Source of the DNA: Eledone cirrhosa
Taxonomy: Eukaryota
Assembly: GCA_964016885.1 (NCBI GenBank)
Contig: OZ024758.1
Location: forward strand, 11,718,001 to 11,782,000
DNA length: 64,000 bases
Direction: 5' to 3'
Shown: one piece after another, positions 1-13,788 of the stretch
Position numbering within the stretch: position 1 is the stretch's first letter
Layout of the letters: each line of letters starts with the position of its first letter
Program-made: the position numbers and the translations under genes
The notes under the pieces: generated by a model
Seen by the model: only the letters and a program-made list of their open reading frames with translations
Told to the model about the DNA's origin: nothing
The model's database searches: none

Positions 1-399
1 AGTAATTAAAAGTATCATGATGAAGCATCGTTGAATCTTAACCAGTGATTACACGCCCATATCGTGTATCTAACACCCGTTATTCCTTGCCCTCTCATTC
101 ATTCTTTCAACAGCCTTTTATCTGTTCATCTGTGCTTAAGCTTCTCGCATTCTCTTAACCTTTCCTTGTTCCATTAGTGTTTACGTTTACGTACAGCTTG
201 TGTAAGCTTGTAAAAATACATTTATAAGCCACATGCAGAAACATACACACACACACAAATATAAATATCGATTTTTGTATGCATGTTTGTACGAAATAGG
301 TTTTCAATGCGTCTGGCGCCAGAATTACATATATTTGTTTTTAATTACTATATTACAGAGTTACATCTCTGTTCTAACCCTTATCGAACTCTAAACGTT

Positions 400-591
400 T
401 CTCCAGTTTACTCAGATCTAGAAATGAGTTGCGACGTCACTGGTAGAAAGCTACATTGACCTTTGCCTTTCACTCGAATAACATCGATGTCGTGGCTAGG
501 AGAGGTCTGTATATATGGGCGACTGCTGGTGTACCACAGATAACCCCGCCCGGACTTGTGGTCATTCGTAACGGAAGGAGGGTTTCTTTAC

Positions 592-595
<4 letters not shown>
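400..595 (+). mobile_element. Degenerate SINE fragment (3' portion); related fragment inverted at 37751-37850
   Basis: CTCCAGTTTACTCAG..AAATGAGT central motif (compare 38790-38830 inverted). The ATGGGCGACTGCTGG...GGTCATTCGT tail is shared with the reverse complement of 37751-37850. Confidence 0.5.
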
Positions 596-630
<35 letters not shown>

Positions 631-667
631 AAAATAAATATACAAATATATATATATATATATATAT

Positions 668-830
668 AGTAATAATAATAAATGTGAAGACTACAATCCA
701 AAGAGGGGTCGATAAGGAAAATATATATCAAATATATAAGAACCATAGAGCAAATATTTATTAAAATAACAGATTAAAGTTTAAGCAAAGAATCGTTGCT
801 TTCACCTTTAACGGGATCATCCGAAACTAA
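668..830 (-). mobile_element. Family A TA-embedded repeat, terminal fragment
   Basis: Near-identical to 46348-46510 and 48912-49072; flanked by (TA)n. Confidence 0.85.
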
Positions 831-913
831 ATATATATATATATAAAAAATAGAATTATAATTTTATTCCTCGCCCTAGCACAGCTGAGACATAAATGGA
901 AGTATGCATACGT

Positions 914-980
<67 letters not shown>

Positions 981-992
981 CATATATATATG

Positions 993-1469
993 TAAAGTTA
1001 TATTTAAAATTGTTGGGTTACAACTAGTAAATATTTATAACTGATATAAAAGCACTCGACAAATATTTGGAGTATATTTACAATATTAAATAAATGGAAA
1101 ACTATATTTATAAAACCATATTTATTTCATTATATATATTTCGGGGATATCATATTAACAATATGCTATGCCTTCATCAGACAAAATACAATATAAACAG
1201 TTTTATAGATAAATATATTCGACATACCGTAATAAACATCAACTTCATTTGAAGAGGTTTACGCTAGCAGTAAACCTCTGCTAGCGTAAACCTCTTCAAA
1301 TGAAGTTGATGTTTATTACGGTATGTCGAATATATTTATCTATAAAACTGTTTATATTGTATTTTGTCTGATGAAGGCATAGCATATTGTTAATATGATA
1401 TCCCCGAAATATATATAATGAAATAAATATGGTTTTATAAATATAGTTTTCCATTTATTTAATATTGTA
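993..1469. mobile_element. Foldback Penelope-like pLTR remnant: 192-bp arms (1079-1270 / 1278-1469) plus a unique left tail
   Basis: Arms are reverse complements with a 7-nt spacer TAAACCT. Each arm carries a hammerhead fold, both ends abut (TA)n, and AGCACTC lies at 1051. Confidence 0.85.
1360..1425 (+). ncRNA. Type I hammerhead ribozyme motif (mirror copy on - strand at 1123-1188)
   Basis: TATTTTGT-CTGATGA-A-GGCATAGCATATT(GTT)AATATGATATCCCC-GAAA-TATATATA-ATGAAATA. Stems I and II pair, stem III is palindromic, the AUA triplet ends at 1417, and AATAAA follows. Confidence 0.8.
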
Positions 1470-2599
1470 TATACATATATATATATACATACACGGCTAC
1501 CTCCATATTCCTTCAATGTCATTGTTTATCGTTTAATTTTAGTTATTCTTGTTGCAAACCTTAGGTAATTTAATAGATATTTATTAAATACATTTCTGTA
1601 TCATCTGAAAACTGACAAAACATTAAGTAAGTCAACTTTTTTAGTCTACTGAGAGACATAACATATTTTTGTTATATATTAAATCATAGTTTCAAACGTT
1701 GATTACGATGTCCTCAAATATTCAGGTCTATTCTTTCTCTCTCGAAAAAAAATATACTAATGGTAACAAACGACTGTTTATAATGAGAATAAACTGTAAA
1801 TAAACAAATATATATATACATTTAAATTAGTGACAGTCAGACGATATGGCGAGCGAGAGGCAGACGAATGAAACCAAAGAGGAATTGAATCATATTAAAA
1901 GTTTAAATAAAATAAGTATATTCACTCACTCACAACAAAAGACCAATAGACCAAAACATAAAATAATTACTATATATCTAAAACTGACAATAATTACACC
2001 CATGTTAAAAGAAAAAAATATTTAGAAGTTAATTAAAAGATGCAACAAAAATAAATTAATAAAATCAAAGAATGTTCAGAGGAAAAGTAAAGCAAACAAA
2101 ACAAAAAATAATCATCTGTTCAAAGAGATCGGACAATTGGCTAGTTAACTCATTTTCAACAAATTAAATGAGAGTTGTGCCAACTTTCAGCTTGCCAATA
2201 TACGAGGAGAAATTTCATATTATATTGTAAATAAATAGTGTGAAGAAATATATGAAAATTGTGTGTAATTTTGTGCGATTTAAAGCAAAGTTTCTCACAG
2301 TTTCCTTGTACTAAATTTTGCCAACGATTCATTATTTATTCGTCACTGGAATGATATGTTAAAATGTGTTGAGTAATAGCATAGAGCTGCAAAACCGATG
2401 GTCGCTTGACAAACTTCTCTATCAATTACACACACACACGCCCGCGCGCACACACACACACACACACATGTATATATATAGGGCACTGAAGGCGACCGCA
2501 ATTAAATTAAGGAAGGCAGGGAACTCAATATGATTTCATTTAGAAGTGATCTTTCCTGAACCCATTTTGTTTACATCGGTCATGAATTATATATGATTA

Positions 2600-2690
<91 letters not shown>

Positions 2691-2898
2691 GAATACACCG
2701 CAAGGTTATATTCGTAGTAATTAGAGCACTCAATCCATAGGACGAGTTCGGTATAAAGTTGGTTCCACAAGTTAGCAAACCATCCCCGGGAACGCACGTT
2801 TCACCCAACTGATTCTTAACACGAATGAGTTTGTGTATATATATATATATATGAGTCCCCAGTGTCCGCGCATTGCCTGGAGACTTAGCTGAGAATAG

Positions 2899-2980
2899 AC
2901 TCCCTGATGACGTAATGAATTCTCGACGGTTATATTACGTAACTGTCTTTATCCCATTACAGAAGCTAATTAGTTGGAGT
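2899..2980 (+). ncRNA. Hammerhead motif (GAAG variant) in TA-flanked island 2853-3046
   Basis: ACTCC-CTGATGA-C-GTAATG...CATTAC-A-GAAG-CTAATTAG-TT-GGAGT; homologous to 6397-6479 with compensatory changes. Confidence 0.7.
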
Positions 2981-3041
2981 GAAAATTTTAGTAAGTAAGT
3001 TAATTTTTTAAATTTTTTTTTAAATTTTCTTATTTTACGTC

Positions 3042-3119
<78 letters not shown>

Positions 3120-3616
3120 GGGGTAACAAATAATAGTTAAATGCAGTCCACTTAGGTATAGTCCAGTTATGGTATTCCAGGTAGGGGATGATATCAACGC
3201 TTGGCTTGGTTTGACTCAACAAGGCGTTTCCATAGTGATGCTGCGGGTATGCTGTAATTCCTATGTTGTAAACACTTGGAGTAATAATAAATCAGGATAA
3301 AAATACATAAGTTTCATGAAGCAATTTATGACATTTTATGAGATTTTCAAGTGTTTCAACAAAACATAAACATAAAATGTGTTAGTGAGAAAAATTTCAT
3401 GAAGCTGTGTTATATTATGTTAGCAATAAAATTCTATGTTAAGATCGGAGCATAAAATCCATCACATTACCTTAACACTTGTATCGCCAAAGATTTTAAA
3501 TGGTTGAAAAATTGTAGGGAAAGATCTACCGGTGAAGAAAATCAAAACAAGATAATACATTGAAGCATCAGAAAAAGTTATCATGTTCTTGATATATATA
3601 TATATATATATATATT

Positions 3617-3769
3617 CTAAGGCGGGTAAAATTCCCGAGATCCATGGACGAGTTCTCTCCAGCGATCTCTGTCCCTCATTATCGCTGCCATGTCCCGCGT
3701 CTCCAACAGACCAGTGTCTGTCCTTAGGGCATCAACATACGTTAACCTTGGTCTTCCTCTTCTAGTGTG
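3617..3769 (-). mobile_element. 3' end of a non-LTR retrotransposon ORF (RTE-like C-terminus), 5'-truncated, within (TA)n
   Basis: Minus frame translates [50 protein letters not shown]. The RRGRP...DR..WR pattern is typical of LINE RT C-termini. Confidence 0.75.
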
Positions 3770-3800
<31 letters not shown>

Positions 3801-3876
3801 CAAGAACATGGAAACAATTGTAAAACTGTAAATAAATATCCTTGTTTCTACTGTCGACCATGTTATTCTTCACTTT

Positions 3877-3955
<79 letters not shown>

Positions 3956-4509
3956 TAAATTTATCGAGAATCGCATTTCGGTGGGTAGAAATTAGCGAAA
4001 CGCAACTTCCGTATTGTGCAGACAAGCGCTCCATGGATATGAAGATACCAGAGCTATAAACATAAGTTAAAATGGTCATACAAACTAAGACGATGGTGAA
4101 GAAGCCATTAACCACTTTAGCCAAAAAAGCGAACAAGCTAAACGGTTCAAACAAAATAAGATATGATTGAAATAGTTACCCGGACCCTCGGGGAAGATGG
4201 AATACTCCGATATTGGGTTTCTGCAATACCTAAATCAATAATACTGTCTGCTTATAAAGAATAAGCTTTTGGTATAATGATCGAACAAGGCATCGCTTTC
4301 TCAACAGGCATTTTGTTCTTCGTGGGCCAGAATTTCACAGGTTATGAAAGCACATGTGAGATTCTAAGGGGAGAAAACCCCTATTTTGGCCAGTGAATTT
4401 AGCATATATATATATATTGGGGCAACATGTATGAAATTTGAAGAAATTTATAAAAAGAAAATAAATTCCTACAAACATCATAATTGACGACCCAATATAT
4501 ATATATACA

Positions 4510-4901
4510 ATAATTATTTCTACTTTTGGCACAAGGCCAGTTATTATATCAGTGCATTACTGGTACTTTATTTCATCGACCCCGTAAAGACGAAAGGCAG
4601 AGTTAACCTCGGCGGGATTTGAACTCATACCATAAAGGGCCGTAACTCTTTGCTGCAAAGCATGGTGTCCGACCCTCTACTGACACTGCCAACCCACTGC
4701 CCTTATATATACAATAATTGTTTCTATTTTAGGCACAAGGCCAGCAATTACTCAGTACATTACTGGTACTTTATTTTATCGACGCCGTAAGGATGAAATG
4801 CAAAGTCAACCTCGGCGGGATTTGAACTCAGATCGTAAAGGGACGTAACTATGCTGGAAAGCATGGCGTCCGACCCTCTACCGATACTGCCAATCCACCG
4901 C
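4510..4901 (-). mobile_element. Two tandem copies of the tRNA-derived SINE-1 (4510-4702, 4714-4901)
   Basis: On - strand: A-box TGGCAGTRTCRG, B-box GAGTTCAAATCC, core GCCTTTCATCCTTACGGGGTCGATAAAATAAAGTACCAG, AT-rich tail. Confidence 0.9.
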
Positions 4902-5079
4902 AATAATGCGAGGTACACAGATATATGTGTATACATACATATACATGCATATATAAACATATATTTTTCACAAGTAAGTGAGATTGGGTGTTGTCAATCT
5001 TAACCAGTGTTGCTCTACAACTATGAGCGACACGATAATCAGAATAATTAAATTGACTCTATATCAGAGCTATGTAATA

Positions 5080-5247
5080 TATTATAAAGTAAGAAGAAAT
5101 ATTAGATGCAAAAATCCTATATCATAGAGATGTAATCTCTATGATATAGGATTTTTGAATAGTAGCCACGAAACTGTACAGTCGGGAATTCTGAAGAAAA
5201 AAATGGGTATTTATTTATGTCTAATATTTCTTTTTACTTTATAATAT
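5080..5247 (+). repeat. Island with perfect hairpin 5109-5157, inverted ends and a partial hammerhead 3' half
   Basis: CAAAAATCCTATATCATAGAGAT-GTA-ATCTCTATGATATAGGATTTTTG, then CGAAACTGTACAGTC (5169-5183, palindromic stem III ending in GUC). No CUGANGA is present. Confidence 0.6.
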
Positions 5248-5270
5248 ATATATATATATATATATATAAT

Positions 5271-5452
5271 AGTTTTAATAAGATGAGATTCTACAGGACT
5301 AGAACTGTTTCATTCTTTAGAAATCATCAGGATTTCTAAAGAATGAAACAGTTCTAGTCCTGTAGAATCTCATCTAATTAAAACTTTTATACTCTGCTAT
5401 GTATTGAGTACCATACTTACTGTGGTTACCTCCGATTCAACCCGGAATAACG
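5271..5452. mobile_element. Foldback pLTR-like remnant with 55-bp arms; apex falls in the hammerhead core
   Basis: Arms 5271-5325 / 5331-5385. Minus strand reads CTGATGA-TTTCTAAAGAAT-GAAA-CAGTTCTAGTC, and the tail has GAGTACC at 5406. Confidence 0.75.
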
Positions 5453-5502
<50 letters not shown>

Positions 5503-6308
5503 CGCGCGCGTGCGTGCGTGTGCGTGCGTGCGTGTGCGTGTGCGTGTGTGTGTGTGTGTGTGTATCGAAGCAACGAAATAAATATTAATTAAATCTATTT
5601 AATGTTCATTTATATTCAATATTCTGTACCTGTAGAAACCTCCTTTGTCATTGCTTACATTATCTATGCCATATTCATAATATATTTACATAGCTCAAAC
5701 AGAAGCCACACAATAATTATTTAATAAAGTAATATATTAAAACTTGAATGATTCCATTCAATCCAATTTATTTCCTCTCTGAAAACGACACAACAAAGTT
5801 TCAAATTACCAAACTCCATTTAACCATCTTCCGACTGGAATTATTTCCATAAAATATAAATTAATAGAATAATTATTTCAATAACTACAGTTTTCTTTTA
5901 TTGCGTACATTTGGCTACACCACAATAATTGTGGTAAAAGTATTGCCTTGATTTGTATACGTCACGCATACATGCATACATACATACATACACACATACA
6001 TACATACATATATGCATACATATATACATATATACATACACACACATATATATACATTCATACATACACACATATCTATATGTATATAATTATATATGTA
6101 TAAATACATATACAGTAGTATAACAAAACCAAAGACCAATATATATATATATATATATATATAAGATATACAGAAATAACAAAGCAAACGACACAATACA
6201 GGGAAGAAATATATTAGTCTACCGCTTGAACGCTTGAAATTGCCAGAAAAGAGTCTTAACATTCGGTCTCTCTCTCTCTCCCTCTCTCTTTTTCTCTCTC
6301 TCTTTCTC

Positions 6309-6351
<43 letters not shown>

Positions 6352-6396
6352 CGTAAAATAAGAAAATTATAAAATTAACTTACTTACTAAAAAATC

Positions 6397-6479
6397 ACTT
6401 CCAACTAATTAGTTTCTGGAATGGAGTAAATATATTTTCCGAAGAAACATATACATAATCATTCCGTCATCAGGAAAGT
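6397..6479 (-). ncRNA. Hammerhead motif in TA-flanked island 6345-6530
   Basis: ACTTTC-CTGATGA-C-GGAATG...CATTCC-A-GAAA-CTAATTAG-TT-GGAAGT; AACTAATTAGTT is a perfect palindrome. Confidence 0.78.
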
Positions 6480-8029
6480 CTTTTTCCGTGTAAGTCTCCA
6501 GGCATAGCGAGGACTCTGGAAACTTATTAAAAAAATAATTCAGTGGAAAGGAAATAACGAAGCGTGGACTGGATTCCTAGCCATTGAGAAAGTCATTGCC
6601 TCTTCGTCTGTGGCAAATTCAAAAAGAATCAATCACGTGACATCGAGGTCAATCAGTGGAAAGCGAATGGTTAATAAGACAGCGGATGTATATACATACA
6701 CTATCTTATTTCCAAATTCTATATTTTGATACAAACAATAACATGTTATCACTTACTTAGTGACAGGTTTGTATGCAGCAAAACAAGAAATTTGTTGAAC
6801 GCTCTAACATGTCTAACAACACACCACATTTAAAACTCTAAATTCCATACTAACGTATTAACCAGATATTTGACCTAAAGGCCTTACAAGACTTCTTATT
6901 TTATGTTAATGCCATTTGAATAAAGCACTTTTATGAAATATATACCTGTTTATAAATATAGATTCCTCCGGCAGTCTTTTCTAGATACTTTATGCATCGG
7001 GTTATCGCATTGAAATAGTTGAAACCTTTCTATTTTTAGAATATTTTTTACTACTTTCGACGTAAGTTAGAAATAAAGAATATCTTAATTACCTATCCAC
7101 TCCCATTCTGCTGTTAGGGTTATAAAATACTTACGACTACTTTTAAATATAAAGGAGACTTGACGAAAGAGAACGTTGTTTTATTGATTTGCTATACAAA
7201 TGCAAATCAAGAATTATTAGTTTCGCGGTAATGGTGGCAGTTATATAGCTTACCGCCGACAGGTTTGTATGTCTTTACAAAACATCAGAAAAACCATGTG
7301 TTAAGGTTTTGTAAATGGCCAAAGGTTATATGCAGTTTCGAAATACATAAAACTTAAACTCTAACACCTTGTCCCTCCTAAGAATAAACAATGACAATAG
7401 CAAGATACCTCACCCCTCCACCCGATGTAATTATCTGGAATATTTATAAAATCAAAATATATAGTGCCAATAAATTAGCTAAATTTTCTTGGCTGAAATA
7501 TTGAGCGTTTCAGAAAATTAATAATTATACATTTGGTTATTATCTTTAATTTATAAGCATTAAGATTTATTTCTTGTTTAAAAGAAAAGCCACAAATTTA
7601 TAGGGTTTTGGAGGAAATATTTGTGTAAATATTCATAAATTTAAAAAAGGAATTATCATTTCAAATCAAATATGTTAGATTTACGCAGCATTCGAAATCG
7701 TATAAAAAATATTTTATGATGTTTTCTAAACGTTGTAAAATTCATAGGATTTGTTTTGTTTTAGTTAGCTTTGCTTGAAGAAAATTTTAAAATTAAGACT
7801 AAAAGTCTGGCTTTAACATCTACATGAAGGAATACACTGGGTTATTTCTTATTTACCCTTGGATGGGGAATATAACCTCGAAGTACTTCCCATAGAAAAA
7901 TCTGTCTGAAGGTAACCACGATTTGGTATTAAGATTACACTTTCGAAAAATGAGAGATTGGTTCAAATAATGCCTCCATCAGTTGTGTCCGTGATTAACA
8001 TATACATTATCTTCAATATGATTGGGTTA

Positions 8030-8232
8030 TATGTTGGTGTAATGGTAGCACAGTGGTCTGGATAACCAAAGATGTGGGTTCGACTCCAATGTACGACAAT
8101 GCTTACCTTTTTTTTCCATTTCTTAGAGCGTTCTAAACCCCACTATCAGGCTAAAATTTCTTCAGTAAAAAATGCGGCAAAAGCTTCAATTTCTAATTTC
8201 AAACTCGCTCACTGTTTCAAAACATACTTACT
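8030..8232 (+). mobile_element. tRNA-headed SINE-like repeat (second copy 19776-19970; tail-only copy 19662-19730)
   Basis: TGGTGTAATGGTAGCAC...GGGTTCGACTCC A/B boxes followed by a shared body (TTTCTTAGAG..CTAAA.CCCACTATCAGG). Confidence 0.7.
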
Positions 8233-9030
8233 TATTATTTTTAATATAATAAAGATTAATAATCGAACTATCAAGATTTTATTTACTTTGTCACTAAGAA
8301 CGAAAATGTCCATAAACCTCTTGAAGATATCCATGTGTGGCAAAACGGACGGAGAAAATTATTCTTAATTCGGAGACTTGGCCGGATTGTTTGCAGAGTG
8401 GACGTCGCAAACGGGACTGAAGTCTTAGATTGGATAACGGAATAAATCTATCACCCAATGGGTTACGACAGGATTTGAACTCAGAACGCAATGAACTGGA
8501 ACAAATACTTCAAACAACAACGTCTGACACTATTTCCATTCCATTCCATTCCACGAATTATTGCCCATGGGAGTACAAAAGGCTTATGTGACTTCGGTTG
8601 AATATGAACTGGGAAGGCGAGGAATCAAAATAATCGAATTCGCGGTTAAAATAAACTTAAAAAGCAAAAAGTAATACAGAGAAGCCAACGAGAAAGTATA
8701 AGCTATATAATGACATTTATCTTTACACTGTCTCAAGTACGTTGAAAATGTCACAATATCTAAGGAAAAATGAACTGAAAATTTATTTAACTGAGATAAA
8801 CACAAACAATCAGGGAAAAAAATAAACGAAACCTAAAGAACTGATTATGTTGTATAGATAGCAAATGTCATTTAAATTATGTTTTAAAAACTTAGAAATT
8901 GTAACTAAAAAATTAAGTAGAAAACAAAATTGCACTTAATAACCAAACTTATTAAACAATATTTCTATTCCACTTTATATTTATCTGCAGACGAATGACC
9001 ACTGGCATCGATTATATATATATATATATA

Positions 9031-9577
9031 TGAGAGTATTGAAGTTTGCTTGAAGCATTGTGGAATAATAAGGTAAATTTCTTTAAGTCGTTTGGAAGCC
9101 TCGACAATGCAAATGGGTAAATCTCCGGGTAACAAGATCCGGTGGTGGAGAGAGAGATGTAAGTGGGTGTACGTTGAGATGCGTGGCGTGTATAAGACGT
9201 GTAGAGCAATGAAGGAAAGAACATAAAGGATAAAATAAAAATAACAACACGAGAGAGAGTTACCTTGGGAGAGATTTAATTGTCCCTATATATTTCGGAT
9301 TCACATCCATCAACTGGGGGTTTTTCCGGGGTGGGGGAAAGGTTGTCTGTCGGAAAGGTGCGAAACGCGTCCTCCGCTGTTCGTTGTTTTTAATATTCAA
9401 AACCACGAACAGCGGAGGACGCGTTTCGCACCTTTCCGACAGACAACCTTTCCCCCACCCCGGAAAAAAACCCCAGTTGATGGATGTGAATCCGAAATAT
9501 ATAGGGACAATTAAATCTCTCCCAAGGTAACTCTCTCACGTGTTGTTATTTTAATTTTATCCTTTATGCTCTTTCCT
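9031..9577. mobile_element. Family B foldback element, arms about 9213-9390 / 9399-9577
   Basis: Long inverted arms, left end at (TA)n, second copy at 48381-48846. Degenerate hammerhead CCC-CAGTTGA-T-GGAT(GTGA)ATCC-GAAA-TATATA-GGG at 9471-9506. Confidence 0.85.
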
Positions 9578-10074
9578 CAGTCGTTTTATAAAAGTAGTCG
9601 ACCTTTTTCATGAAATATTTGAAGTTTTACTTTTTGTAGTATTGAGGGTAATAGTTCTTAGTTCAAATATTTTATGTCTACTTCTGCATGTCGAATCTCT
9701 TCACACTGTGGTCGACAAATTAGCAGAGCAACGACAGATATGTTGATGTTAGTAAAATAACTCAAAAGACCACTATTTAATATAATTGACAATTCATATC
9801 ACGTTGGATTTATTTTTGTATGAATAGCAGGTCTGTTAGAATACAAGAACACCACACCCTTGACACATGCACACATATATGATACCCCACCCCCACCCAC
9901 ATGCATATATATATATATATATATATAGGTTTACATATACATAAACTAGCCATATATATATATATATATATGTATATGTGTTATTGGCAACCATTCACGG
10001 TGTGGCTCAATGACGAATTAATTAATTAAATAATCAACAATCAGGGCAATACATAAGAAAGTAAGTCTTACTTT

Positions 10075-10147
<73 letters not shown>

Positions 10148-10236
10148 AATGTAACGTCCAGTTACTGTAGGTTCACCAGTGTTAGCACTCGATGCGTAGT
10201 TTCCAGTAGGTATACAGGTGTAGTACTAAGCTGAGT

Positions 10237-10273
<37 letters not shown>

Positions 10274-10277
<4 letters not shown>

Positions 10278-10361
10278 TGTTTCTACTTTAGGCACAAGGC
10301 CAGCAATTACCCAGTGCATTACTGGTTCTTTATTTTATCGACCCCGTAAGGATGAAAGGCA
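10274..10361 (-). mobile_element. SINE-1 3' half with (TTA)n tail
   Basis: Matches SINE-1 core and tail. Confidence 0.85.
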
Positions 10362-10566
10362 AAAATAATAATAATAAAAAGGACGATTTGTTACGCCTTG
10401 ATTATGTTTATAAAAGCAATGAAGACATAAAAACATCGTCTTTCTTATATATATATATATAATGAAATACCAATGATGGTTGGCAAAATCACTGATGAGG
10501 GACTAATTTTATAATATGTAATCCATGTGCAACCATGCAGTATTCTTCTTCCCCTTGTTTTTCATA

Positions 10567-10706
<140 letters not shown>

Positions 10707-11087
10707 GTATGTGTGTGTATATGTGTATGTGTGTGCGTGTGAGTAATACTCTGGTGTGTGTGTTTGTTGGATGATTATTTAGACCCAACTCTCAGCCTTC
10801 CCAGATCAGAAATCTAAATGGAATGGCAGCCATGACAGTGCCGCTCTCATTTCTTTATTGGTATATCAAATATATCCTCATGTTTCCTAAAATGGCGGAG
10901 ATTTAACTGCACACTTAAGTAGGTTCTTCAACATTATTCCACCAATTCTTTTTCTTGTAAATATACAATGACATATTGATGTGGAGAAATTATTCGCTTC
11001 ACAGGAATGTAGTTTAGTGTTCAATACCGCTCTATGGTACATCACCAACTTTCTTCCACCATATGTTCGGGTCGATCCCATATATTG

Positions 11088-11138
<51 letters not shown>

Positions 11139-11259
11139 CATATATTCATTTATGCATATATATATATTTATTTATATTTATATATATTTAATTATATATA
11201 TGTATATATTTATTTATTTATTTATTTATTTATACATTTATATATATACATATACATAT

Positions 11260-11299
<40 letters not shown>

Positions 11300-11725
11300 G
11301 TCATTGTTTATATGAAGTGAATCATTCCCACACAATTTAATGTACGTAAACGCAAATGCATTATATGCACCATACACACGCACAGATAGTCAGTCATTAT
11401 TCCATATACACATGCACAATCCCTTACATATATCTACCATTTACAACTATTGATATTCATATATTGATAGATTCCTGCATATTCACAAATGAAACACATT
11501 ACTATGGTAATCTAGACAAGCTTTAACTGAAACGGAAGTAATTATTCTGTATGTCAAAAAGATTGTTTTTGCATTAAATCATGACCTTTCGTTTTGTTTT
11601 GCCTTTTGTGTTATGATTGCATTATTTTGTATGTTATTCCACTGACTGAATAATGTTCTTTTGGCAACGATCAGTACAAATCATACATACACATAACATA
11701 GTATACAGACTCTAACACCCATAAC

Positions 11726-11831
<106 letters not shown>

Positions 11832-11849
11832 ACAAAGTCAATATATATA

Positions 11850-12265
11850 ACTAACAAAGTCAATCTGCGAACGCAGAAGTAAATATTTGAAAAAAACGTT
11901 GCAACCGGAGGAAGACAGGAAGACGATACTTTGGTTCATGGAAACGTTCCCTGGTAAAGAACGGGAAAAGACGAATATAACACGTCATTATTTGGAGCGG
12001 TGAAAAACAATTGCACGCAAAGACAAAACCACGTTTATGGTATAAAAGAAATCGTAGACTAATATTCTATTAGGTGGTTCATAGAGACGTTCTCTGGCAA
12101 TGAACGGAAACAACGAAGATCCCGTTAAGGGTGAAATCAGTGATTCTTTGCTTAAACTTTAATCTGTTATTTTAATAAATATTTGCTCTACGGTTCTTAT
12201 ATATTTTATATATATTTATCCTTATCGAGCCCTCTTTGGATTTTAGTCTTCAATTTTATTATTAT

Positions 12266-12339
<74 letters not shown>

Positions 12340-12552
12340 TTATATATATATTTATTAAAATAACAGATTAAAGTTTGAGCAAAGAATCGCTGCTTTCATC
12401 CTTAACAAGATCTTCTGAAACTAATTTGAAGATCCCGTTAAGGGTGAAAGCAGCGATCCTTTGCTTAAACTTTAATCTGTTATTTTAATAAATATTTGCT
12501 CTACGGTTCTTATATATTTTATATATATTTATCCTTATCGAGCCCTCTTTGG
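11850..12552. mobile_element. Family A: rearranged copy (strand flip at ~12113) plus a foldback copy 12348-12552
   Basis: Identity to 46348-46920; inverted arms around ~12420-12428. Confidence 0.85.
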
Positions 12553-12562
12553 ATATACATAC

Positions 12563-12801
12563 ATAGGAAAATGTATAACTCCGAGGGCAGAGCTCAATCC
12601 GATTTGACAGCTATTTCTGGATTAAATTAGAATTTTTTAGCCTGGTAAATAAATTCTAATTCCGTCCAGAAATATCCGTCGAAACGACTTCAGCTCTGTC
12701 GTCGGGGTCAAACATTTTCCTATTACCCACTCTACTACCCTAAGTATTGATTACTATAGTGCCTGCTGGTCCATCTGGTTCCTTACCACATCTCCTTCGT
12801 T
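12563..12801 (+). mobile_element. Family C foldback island (other copies 43134-43300, 45711-45882, 49338-49524; relatives 25147-25267, 51782-51906, 54225-54287)
   Basis: Shared GTCGAAACGGCTTGAGCTCWGCCGTCGGGG and tail CCACTCTACTACCCTAAGTATTGA..ACT...GGTTCCTTACCAC; all copies abut TA-type repeats. Confidence 0.85.
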
Positions 12802-12888
12802 ATATACATATATATATACATATATATATATACATATAATATATATATACATATATATATATATACATATATACATAAATATATATAC

Positions 12889-12937
<49 letters not shown>

Positions 12938-12939
12938 TT

Positions 12940-13075
12940 GCACCTGTGATAAACAGGCGAAACGCAAGAGTTACAAGACTCTCTATTCAGCCTTAATAAA
13001 ATGAATATTAAAAATCTACTTCGGTATTGAGTACTCCTGTGCATGTGGTTAGAATAGTGTGGACATGTGGTTATA
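12940..13075 (+). mobile_element. Family D island (second, foldback copy 16441-16603)
   Basis: CCTGT(GATAA)ACAGG-CGAAA..., AATAAA and TACTTCGGTATTGAGTACT are shared by both copies. Confidence 0.7.
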
Positions 13076-13299
13076 GTGTCTCAGGAAAGAATCTCTGGGC
13101 ATATGTTACCGGCAAAACCGATCGGCAAGAGTTCCAGGGCAAGATGGTTGGAGAACTTCCATAAGCTTGGCTGGTCACGCTTGGAGATTCAATCGGATCA
13201 GTTGGAGACGGTTGCTTCTGGCAGGACCCACTGGAAGGAGTGTTTGAGGACTCTGCTCTCACACGACCCTCTCAGGAATAAGTGGGTGAAGAAGAAGAA

Positions 13300-13330
<31 letters not shown>

Positions 13331-13410
13331 AAGAAGAAGAAGAAGAAGAAGAAGAAGAAGAAGAAGAAGAAGAAGAAGAAGAAGAAGAAGAAGAAGACGA
13401 AGAAGACGAA
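13076..13410 (+). mobile_element. 3' end of an RTE-clade LINE with a (GAA)n tail
   Basis: SQERISGHMLPAKPIGKSSRARWLENFHKLGWSRLEIQSDQLETVASGRTHWKECL resembles RTE/Expander C-termini (G.RPRGRP..RW...DR..W). The GAA tail runs ~13288-13410. Confidence 0.8.
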
Positions 13411-13685
13411 GAGAATAAAATCCTTGGAACAATGATTTGTTATGTCAATTTCTCATAAAAATGACGTCGTTTGTTATATATTCCTGGCGTTAGTTAAGTA
13501 ATTAACTTTTGCGTTCGTATTTATGAACAGATGGACAAATCTTTCTATGTATGTATGTACGTACAAATATATATAATGTATATATCAATGTATATACGTA
13601 TCTATGTATACATGACAGAGAGAAGTAACAGAGGGTATAGGCAGAAGTAGAACGAAAGATTATACAAAGATAGAGTTATATATAG

Positions 13686-13788
<103 letters not shown>

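Noticed and set aside
9345-9375. CGAAACGCGTC, a classic PLE hammerhead stem III, in family B
   Set aside because: Upstream CTGTCGG does not match CUGANGA, and no stem I or II forms.
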